Shown here one piece after another: positions 8,290-15,475 of a stretch of DNA of 25,996 nt. The notes beneath the pieces are model-generated. The model had not been told where the DNA came from. It did no database searches and saw nothing but the letters and a program-made list of their open reading frames with translations. Source of the DNA: Bacteroidales bacterium (GTDB taxonomy: Bacteria > Bacteroidota > Bacteroidia > Bacteroidales > VadinHA17); the NCBI GenBank assembly GCA_046542595.1, contig JBKHBA010000001.1, positions 1 to 25,996 of the forward strand, written 5' to 3'. The stretch's first letter is position 1. Every line of letters starts with the position of its first letter. The position numbers were made by a program, and so were the translations under genes.

Positions 8290-9777
8290 TCAGAAAAGCC
8301 TGGCTATCCTCTTGTTAAAAATCAATAGTACAATAAGTACCACGCTCCACTGGAAGATGCAAGACATAAACGAATAGGCACTGAAAGGATTATACCATTC
8401 GCCCGGAATGAATGACTGTGATAACCACCAGAAAAGTAATATTATAGCGGCCACCGGTATAAAGTAACTTATCACATACGTCCACCAACTACCTATCCTG
8501 CGTGTTGTCTCCGATTCATTGATCTCCAGCCTGATCTTCTCTGTACCCTGCCTTATTATCAGGAAGGCTATCAGGGCACCTGATATCATCAGGGCAATAC
8601 CCCATACAAAGTCCTGGTTACTCAGGAAATTAAGGTTGCGTGCCGAGGGTATGCCAAAGAGAAAGACTGCAATAACAATAATGGCTATTGCCCTGTTACG
8701 CTTCAGTCCTGTGTCAATCAGCACTCTTGCAGGCAGCTCAAGCTGGGCTATAAGCGAGGAAAAGCCTGCAAAGGTAAGACCCAGGAAGAACAGTATTGCC
8801 AGCAAACCGCCCCCCAGCATTTTCTCAAATAGCTGGGGCATCCATATAAAAGTAAGTCCGGTTGACGCCGGTCCGCTTGTTTTCATTATATCAAGCACCT
8901 CGGGACTGCTCATGCCCATCTCGTGTTTGAGAACTGCGAAAACAGTGCCGAAGATCATTATACCTGACAGTATGGATACCGTGTTATTCCCAATACCGGT
9001 GAGAAAAGCATTGCCAACCGCCCCATGCTCTTTCTTCATATATGCGGCATAGGTAAGAAATAAGCCCCAGCCTGCACCTGTATCCCACGCATTCTGAGTT
9101 AATGCATCAAGCCATATCCCCGGTGTACCAAGCTGGTCCCACTGTGGCCTGAACAGGTAAGCCAGTCCTTCTCCTGACCCTGGCAGGGTAATAGCCCTTA
9201 TAACGCTCAGGATAACAATAACAAGCAGGGCAGGAATAAGTATCTTGTTTACTTTCTCTATGGAGTTTATACCTTTCCATATAGCCAGGGCACCAAAAGC
9301 AACAGCTATAAGATGTGTCAGCAGAGGCCACACACTGCCCTGGTATGATTCCCATATGATAATAGCCGACTCGAAATCCGAAGGCAGGGGATTGGTAAGC
9401 ATATAAACAAAATAATATATACACCAGCCCACCACCACAGTGTAAAAGAAGGTGATAAAAAGTGGTACAAGAGCCACAAAGGAACCCATCCATGCAAATT
9501 TCCTGCCCACTCCCTTAATAAAAACACCCACAACGCCCGACCTGAATTTACGGCCTGAAGCATATTCTGCTATAATAAGAGGAATGCTCCAGAGGAAAAG
9601 GAAGCACACCCAGGCTATCAAAAAGGCACCGGCTCCTTCCTCGCCGGCATTCTGAGCGGCTATGCGTGGAAAACGCCATATATTGCCCGTTCCCACGGCC
9701 ACACCCATCGCACTTAAAATAAGACCCCATCTGCTGGCAAACCTCTGCCCTGTTGACTTGTCTAGAATCTTTGCCAT
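8290..9777 (-). CDS. Sodium-dependent transporter, NSS/SNF (LeuT-like) family
   Basis: RFASRWGLILSAMGVAVGTGNIWRFP (TM1 signature), GAFLIAW, many hydrophobic helices, and FAGFSS in TM8. Confidence 0.95.
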   Translation of the reverse strand: MAKILDKSTGQRFASRWGLILSAMGVAVGTGNIWRFPRIAAQNAGEEGAGAFLIAWVCFLFLWSIPLIIAEYASGRKFRSGVVGVFIKGVGRKFAWMGSFVALVPLFITFFYTVVVGWCIYYFVYMLTNPLPSDFESAIIIWESYQGSVWPLLTHLIAVAFGALAIWKGINSIEKVNKILIPALLVIVILSVIRAITLPGSGEGLAYLFRPQWDQLGTPGIWLDALTQNAWDTGAGWGLFLTYAAYMKKEHGAVGNAFLTGIGNNTVSILSGIMIFGTVFAVLKHEMGMSSPEVLDIMKTSGPASTGLTFIWMPQLFEKMLGGGLLAILFFLGLTFAGFSSLIAQLELPARVLIDTGLKRNRAIAIIVIAVFLFGIPSARNLNFLSNQDFVWGIALMISGALIAFLIIRQGTEKIRLEINESETTRRIGSWWTYVISYFIPVAAIILLFWWLSQSFIPGEWYNPFSAYSFMSCIFQWSVVLIVLLIFNKRIARLF

Positions 9778-9782
9778 TCCTT

Positions 9783-10646
9783 CTATTCGCTTATAAGGTT
9801 AAGGTATTCATTTGCCAGTTCTGTGTCGTCTTCTTTCAGTCCGGATATAAGGGTTACCAGGCCCGGACTCCATTCGATATATACATAACCATTATAACCG
9901 TCTTTGAAACTGAATTTGCCGCCAGGACTGTCGCCCGGTGAGAGTTCATATCTGGAAAGATATTTTTCAAGCATCTCCCTGTTTTCCCTATCCGTCATTT
10001 CAGTAAAAAGATATATTGTAAAACGCTTATCGTCAACCTGGTAATTTGCCCTGAAAGCATTCTCCATGAATTCATGACCCATCACATTATCCGCTATGTA
10101 CATCTCCGAATATTCCTGCTTTCCTTTCCCAGGAAAAAGATCCAGTGCTGCAGGAAATTCATCTGCACCATCCAGCATGGCTTCAGTTTTAACAGCCAGA
10201 TCTTCCATGGCTGACAGTATGCGTTTATTATCAGAATATGTTGTAAGCTTAACATAATACTCACCTTTAAGGAAGTGTATCAGTCCCTTTTCCTTATATC
10301 CCTGTACACCCAGGTCAAAAAAATCATAGGAGGGAGCCCTTTCCATGGCATAGATACCAAAAGCCAGGTTCTCACTGGCATGATGATATATCTCCAGCTT
10401 AATACTGTGCTTGCCCTTACTGTAATCAGCAATATGCAGGTCCGAGAAACCAAGGGCATTATAACTGTCGGCACCCCCGTTAATATAATCCCACAGGTTA
10501 TCAGGTGTATAAACGGGATAGCTTTTATCAATATCGAAACCTTTCAGTTCAGGAAATTCAATATCCTGTGCACTGCCTGCCGTAAATGGCATAACAGAAA
10601 GAGCAAGGAGAAGAGTCATCATCCTCCATATTTTTTTCTCAGTCAT
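9783..10646 (-). CDS. DUF6599 family exported protein of unknown function
   Basis: Signal peptide ending GSA|Q; VYTPDNLWDYINGGADSY...LEIY...AFGIYAMER matches my recollection of DUF6599. Stop codon is 5 nt from the NSS start. Confidence 0.65.
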   Translation of the reverse strand: MTEKKIWRMMTLLLALSVMPFTAGSAQDIEFPELKGFDIDKSYPVYTPDNLWDYINGGADSYNALGFSDLHIADYSKGKHSIKLEIYHHASENLAFGIYAMERAPSYDFFDLGVQGYKEKGLIHFLKGEYYVKLTTYSDNKRILSAMEDLAVKTEAMLDGADEFPAALDLFPGKGKQEYSEMYIADNVMGHEFMENAFRANYQVDDKRFTIYLFTEMTDRENREMLEKYLSRYELSPGDSPGGKFSFKDGYNGYVYIEWSPGLVTLISGLKEDDTELANEYLNLISE

Positions 10647-10831
10647 ATACTTAAGAATTAATATTTAATTATTAAAAATAAAATTACAATTACAATATAA
10701 GCCCGTTACCAGCCTCTCCCATAGTCATTTTTAAACCTTTGCTTCCTGACTTTCTGTGCTCACCATCTTTCAGCCAGCCCATAAACCCCTCCCCTGTTCA
10801 GGCTCACAAAACAATCCTGCCTTTTATGAAC

Positions 10832-12049
10832 TTATTCCGCCTGGCTTATAAAATCGCGGGGCACAGCTGCCAGCCGGCTAATATCAGCAATTTTTGCTGG
10901 GATATCAAATCCTTTGCTGCAATTATCTATACCACAATCGCTGCAGTCAACACATGGATCGGAGCCTGTCTCAAGATCGGAAAGCAGGCTGTATGCCTTC
11001 TCCATATTGCTATATCCGTAGGCATACATATAAGCCCTCATCAGGTCAGGTACCGGCAAGGAATTTTTGCACTTATCGAGACAGTTATTGCAGGTAGTAC
11101 AAAACAGTCCGGGCTCATTTCCGGCTATCATTATATCCTGTCTTTCCTTATCGGACATATTGAGATCAACCATCACAGCAAGGTTTTCCTCAAGCATATC
11201 AAAAGAAGTCATGCCCGGAATAGTTGTACAGATATCCCTGTTTTGCAGCGACCATTTCAGTGCGGCTGTGGTATTGACCGGCTTTGTCTTTTCCCTGTCG
11301 AAGTAAGCACCGGCCATGGTCTTCATAGCCACCACACCTATGCCTGATTCTGCAGCCCTCTTAATAGCAGGCTCCAGCTTATCCAGGTAATCCAGGTTAA
11401 AATTATATCGTGTAAGCACCACATCCCAGAAACCGGCTTCAACCATAGCATCTATCACCTCCGGTTCATTGGTATGCGTGGAGATGCCTATATGCCTGAC
11501 CCTTCCCTCCTTCTTTAACTTTTTCATGGCACCTGTTATCTCCTTATGATTGGCCATCTCAACGGAAGATACTGCGTGAAGGTATAGAATGTCAACATAA
11601 TCCATTTGCAGTCTTTCCATACTTTCTTCAAATTTCTTCATAAAATCCTCCACCGTTGTCTGTTCCGTAGGAAGACCAGTGCGTCTCTCCTCGCCTGCCG
11701 GCTTAACCTTGGTGGCCAGTGTGAAAGAATCCCTCGGGTAATCCCTGAACACCTCTCCCAGCATCTTTTCATTCTGACCTCCCTGGTAACCATTGGCCGT
11801 ATCAAAATGTGTCATTCCATTCTCAATGGCGGCTCTGACGAGACTGGGATTATCAGCTCTCATAACGCCCATACTGACAACAGGTACCTTTATACCTGTC
11901 TTCCCAAGTGTACGGTGAATAATATCATCCTTACCTCCTGGTGCTGGCAGTATTGAATAAGCCCCGCTGCTTGCAGCCATAAATGTTGCAGCGCCGGCAG
12001 CACCTGTGCGTAAAAAATTCCTGCGATCAATCTTTTTCAATGGTTTCAT
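10832..12049 (-). CDS. Tat-exported aldo/keto reductase with C-terminal Fe-S (4Fe-4S dicluster-like) domain
   Basis: Twin-arginine DRRNFL; RTLGKTG; AKR tetrad in FDTA (D), NGY (Y), ATK (K) and YLH (H); C-terminal CTTCNNCLDKC and CVDCSDCGIDNC. Start is 12049 (MKP) or 12058. Confidence 0.9.
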   Translation of the reverse strand: MKPLKKIDRRNFLRTGAAGAATFMAASSGAYSILPAPGGKDDIIHRTLGKTGIKVPVVSMGVMRADNPSLVRAAIENGMTHFDTANGYQGGQNEKMLGEVFRDYPRDSFTLATKVKPAGEERRTGLPTEQTTVEDFMKKFEESMERLQMDYVDILYLHAVSSVEMANHKEITGAMKKLKKEGRVRHIGISTHTNEPEVIDAMVEAGFWDVVLTRYNFNLDYLDKLEPAIKRAAESGIGVVAMKTMAGAYFDREKTKPVNTTAALKWSLQNRDICTTIPGMTSFDMLEENLAVMVDLNMSDKERQDIMIAGNEPGLFCTTCNNCLDKCKNSLPVPDLMRAYMYAYGYSNMEKAYSLLSDLETGSDPCVDCSDCGIDNCSKGFDIPAKIADISRLAAVPRDFISQAE

Positions 12050-12344
12050 ATATATCATGTTTTTATTAATTTATTCTGATTACCGTAATTCTTTTTCTGC
12101 AATTCTATATATTTCTCTGCAATTCCAAATAAAGGTCCTCTCCAGTTCAGTCAGACCGCTTCAAAGCAGGCCATTCAATGATAATCCCGGCCGTCAAAAT
12201 AAAAATTATAAAAAAAAATAACTGATATTATTACTATCATAAAGATACTACTGTTTAAATTTTGCAAAATATAAGAAAAATTACATTAACTATGGACCTT
12301 CAGCCATCTCACATTCGTCATTTAACAAAATTTAAGGTAATTTT

Positions 12345-13031
12345 GTGGACGAAAATTATTCAGTTGTGAGAGAGTTACACAGGCTTATAAACCAGGGAGA
12401 GAGTCAGGTACTTGATTTTAAGTATTGTATATCTGATTCAAGGAAGATAGCAAAAACACTGGCCGCCTTTGCGAATACTGATGGGGGGAAATTACTGATA
12501 GGTGTTCGCGACAACGGGAGCATAGCCGGCGTACGCAGCGATGAAGAGTTTTATATGATAGATGCGGCCGCCAGTCTGTTCTGTTCCCCGCCCGTTAAAT
12601 ATACGGTAAGCCAGCACCAGACAGAGGGAAGATCAGTGCTTGAGGTTGCTATTGAAAAATCAGATATACGTCCGGTCTGTTCAAAGGATGAATCAGGAAG
12701 ATGGATAGCCTATACCAGGAAAGATGACCAGAACCTGGCCATTAACAGTGTCATCCTGAAAGTATGGAAAAAAGAGAACAGGAAGGACGGACTGTTTATA
12801 AAAGTAAGGAAACCCGAGATTATTCTTTTTGATTACCTGCGTAATAACGTTGACATCACACTTTCCAAATTCAGGAAACTGTCAAAATTACCGGTATATA
12901 AAGCCGAAAACATACTTTCAGACCTGATAACCTGCGGCATCATCGATTATGAAATCACAGAAAAAGGATGCAGGTATTTTGCAGGCGGGGATATTGATCA
13001 AAACCCTCCGGAGAGTTATTTACGCTACTGA
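12345..13031 (+). CDS. Stand-alone AlbA_2 (Schlafen-like) domain protein with probable C-terminal winged helix; often annotated 'ATP-binding protein'
   Basis: GTG start; GESQVLDFK, LAAFANTDGGKLLIGVRDNG; C-terminal LFDYL...ITLSKFRKL...AENILSDL helix pattern. Confidence 0.85.
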   Translation: MDENYSVVRELHRLINQGESQVLDFKYCISDSRKIAKTLAAFANTDGGKLLIGVRDNGSIAGVRSDEEFYMIDAAASLFCSPPVKYTVSQHQTEGRSVLEVAIEKSDIRPVCSKDESGRWIAYTRKDDQNLAINSVILKVWKKENRKDGLFIKVRKPEIILFDYLRNNVDITLSKFRKLSKLPVYKAENILSDLITCGIIDYEITEKGCRYFAGGDIDQNPPESYLRY

Positions 13032-13071
13032 TTCCGGCTATTGACTTTATGCTATTACAGGCTCTCACAAT

Positions 13072-13102
13072 TTTGCAGAAAGGGATTTTTTTGCTATCTT
13101 TG
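13072..13102 (+). promoter_or_regulatory. Consensus Bacteroidota housekeeping-sigma promoter for the KamA-like gene
   Basis: TTTG (13072-13075), 19 nt, TATCTTTG (13095-13102): exact match to TTTG-N19-TAnnTTTG. Confidence 0.8.
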
Positions 13103-13173
13103 TAATGCATTACAGAAAATCGCATATATCTGATTTTCAATCCTTTACAAACGCACAAAACAAGCAGAACAAT

Positions 13174-15363
13174 ATGCAATTATTAGAAAAAATAGAAAAA
13201 ATAAATATCCCCCCGAGGTCAGTTATCTTATTGGACCGCTTAATGAAAGAGAATCCTGGGCTTAAGAATATTATAAGCGATACCGCAACACCCATTGAAG
13301 CCAACAAAAAGGTTTATGACTGGGTTTACGGATGGATGGAAGACGGCCATAAGGATGCTCTCGATTATTTCATGTATAAAACAAGGGGCAGAGAGGCATA
13401 TGAGGCACTCAGCTGGCAGGAAGTAGGTGCCATAAGAATACTTGATTATATCAATAATGCAGGAAAGGAATTTGAGAATCTGAACAAAAAGATTAAAAAA
13501 TCAGTATCCGATCCAGTCAGGCTTGTATGGTTAGCCTGGCACAAGGGTAAAGGAGGTGGTAAACCCGAATTCTTCTGGGATATGATACACCTGTTTCGCC
13601 AGTTCACAGGTTCGGAGAAAAGGATAAAGCCTGATAAGGACCAGGTACTGGAGTGGATGTCGAGGCATTTTACGGGACTGGATGAAGAGATAATAAGCAT
13701 CAGGGAAGAGAATAAAGAAAGGATATTAAAAATTATCATCAAAAATATTGATGAGGGAAAGATCAGCAGCAGCAGGTTCAGCTTCCCTGTCGGTATATCA
13801 CCGAAGCAAAAATATGAGATGGCCCTGGAGTGGTGGGAAGATCACCGTTTTCATCTTAAGTTTGCGGTGAGGACGCCTGAACTACTGAACGAGATGCTTG
13901 ACTACTCACTTGACACGGACACCATGTTCCGCATGGAGGAGGCCAAGGAAGCAGGCATTCCCTTCTTTGTCAATCCCTATTACCTTTCACTGATCAATGT
14001 CAATGCACCCGGATCTGTAAGGAAAGCAGACCTTGCAATACGTGATTATGTATTATACAGCCGTGAACTTATTGATGAGTTCGGAAGTATCATAGCATGG
14101 GAGAAGGAAGATAAGGTTGAACCGGGCAAACCCAATGCTGCAGGATGGCTGCTGCCCAACAGTTATAATATACACCGCCGCTACCCTGAGGTAGCCATAC
14201 TGATTCCCGATACGGTAGGCAGAGCCTGCGGTGGATTATGCGTATCATGCCAGAGGATGTATGATTTTCAGAATGGCAGGTTAAATTTTAATCTCAGCAA
14301 ACTGAAACCTGATGAAACATGGAGGGAAAAACTGCCATGGCTTATGGAATATTTTGAGTCGGACAGCCAGCTGAGGGATATACTTATTACAGGTGGTGAT
14401 GCCTTTATGAGCTCTGACAGGTCAATGAAGCAGATACTGGATGCTGTATACCGGATGGCACTGAAGAAAAAGGAAGATAATGAAAAGCGGGAAGATGGGT
14501 TGAAGTATGCTGAAATGCTCAGGGTAAGGCTTGGAACAAGACTTCCTGTATACATACCATACCGCATCACGGATGGACTGCTGTCAGTGCTTGTTGATTT
14601 CAAGAAAAAAGCATCACGTATCGGCGTCAAACAGTTTATAATACAAACACATTTTGTATCCCCCATGGAGATAACCCCTGCGGTGAAAGAAGCAGTTCAG
14701 AAACTTAATTCAGCCGGTTGGATAGTAGTTAACCAGATGGTTTTCACTGCAGCTGCCTCAAGAAGAGGGTATGCCGCAAAGCTCAGGCAAACACTTAACA
14801 GTGTGGGCATACTGCCATATTATACCTTTACTGTAAAAGGTTTTATGGAGAACTATCATAATTTCGCCACAAACGAGCGCGCCATACAGGAGCAGAGTGA
14901 GGAGAAATTTTTCGGCAGGATACCTGACCAGGAGCAGGATACTATAAGAGATATGCCATTCCATGCAGAAAACACAGTGTCAGAACTTGAAAATATTATG
15001 AAAAGACATGATCTGCCCTTCCTCAGTACGGACAGGAATGTAATGAACCTCCCGGGCGTGGGCAAAAGCCTTACATTCAGGACTATAGGTATTACAAGAA
15101 GAGGCAGGAGGATACTCGAATTTGATCATGACTCCCACAGGACACACTCTCCAATCATTAATAAGATGGGAAAGGTACATATTATTGAGTCAAAGCCGGT
15201 TAAGCATTATATCGACCAGATGAAATCCATGGGCGATGATCCTGAAGATTACAAGGATGTATGGGGTTATTCGATGGGTGAAACCGAGTCGCGTTCCCCG
15301 ATATTTGAATACCCTGAATATGACTTTGTGACAACCGGGGAAGTGACCAACCTGGAGATATAA
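13174..15363 (+). CDS. Long-form KamA-family radical SAM/PLP aminomutase with glutamate 2,3-aminomutase-type substrate residues
   Basis: HRRYP, CGGLCVSCQR (CxxxCxxC at 14227-14250), ITGGD, RLGTRLP, QTHF, NQMV, PYYTFTVK and NLPGVGK (PLP lysine at 15064-15066). Start moved to 13174 because the ATG at 13105 abuts the -7 promoter box. Confidence 0.9.
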   Translation: MQLLEKIEKINIPPRSVILLDRLMKENPGLKNIISDTATPIEANKKVYDWVYGWMEDGHKDALDYFMYKTRGREAYEALSWQEVGAIRILDYINNAGKEFENLNKKIKKSVSDPVRLVWLAWHKGKGGGKPEFFWDMIHLFRQFTGSEKRIKPDKDQVLEWMSRHFTGLDEEIISIREENKERILKIIIKNIDEGKISSSRFSFPVGISPKQKYEMALEWWEDHRFHLKFAVRTPELLNEMLDYSLDTDTMFRMEEAKEAGIPFFVNPYYLSLINVNAPGSVRKADLAIRDYVLYSRELIDEFGSIIAWEKEDKVEPGKPNAAGWLLPNSYNIHRRYPEVAILIPDTVGRACGGLCVSCQRMYDFQNGRLNFNLSKLKPDETWREKLPWLMEYFESDSQLRDILITGGDAFMSSDRSMKQILDAVYRMALKKKEDNEKREDGLKYAEMLRVRLGTRLPVYIPYRITDGLLSVLVDFKKKASRIGVKQFIIQTHFVSPMEITPAVKEAVQKLNSAGWIVVNQMVFTAAASRRGYAAKLRQTLNSVGILPYYTFTVKGFMENYHNFATNERAIQEQSEEKFFGRIPDQEQDTIRDMPFHAENTVSELENIMKRHDLPFLSTDRNVMNLPGVGKSLTFRTIGITRRGRRILEFDHDSHRTHSPIINKMGKVHIIESKPVKHYIDQMKSMGDDPEDYKDVWGYSMGETESRSPIFEYPEYDFVTTGEVTNLEI

Positions 15364-15401
15364 AGCATTATCTATGACCTACCGGCGGAATGAATATGGA
15401 C

Positions 15402-15428
15402 AGGACCGGTAATTCTTTCCGGTCTTTT
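15402..15428 (+). terminator. Hairpin between the convergent KamA-like and sensor genes
   Basis: GACCGG (15404-15409) pairs with CCGGTC (15419-15424) and is followed by TTTT. The U tract is short. Confidence 0.4.
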
Positions 15429-15475
15429 CCTGGAAAGCCGGTATAATCATGACATCTGAAGAACCGAAGTCCGGA

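Noticed and set aside
8272-8292. Selenocysteine read-through of the NSS TGA, given the structured RNA downstream
   Set aside because: Read-through hits TAA after 5 codons and the position is not catalytic. The TGA of the AlbA_2 gene is out of frame with the KamA-like gene.
9762-9785. TAG read-through fusing DUF6599 to the NSS transporter
   Set aside because: The 5-nt gap puts them out of frame, and read-through meets another TAG after 6 codons.
12210-12218. A9 homopolymer as a phase-variation switch
   Set aside because: Short, within AT-rich intergenic DNA, and not clearly inside a promoter spacer.
13105-13173. ORF-track start of the KamA-like gene at 13105
   Set aside because: This ATG is 2 nt after the -7 promoter box, at or before the expected transcription start. 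The ATG at 13174 has an A-rich leader and fits better.
12345-15363. AlbA_2 + radical SAM as an anti-phage or modification operon
   Set aside because: A consensus promoter lies between the genes, the radical SAM protein is a PLP aminomutase type, and the surroundings show no island features.
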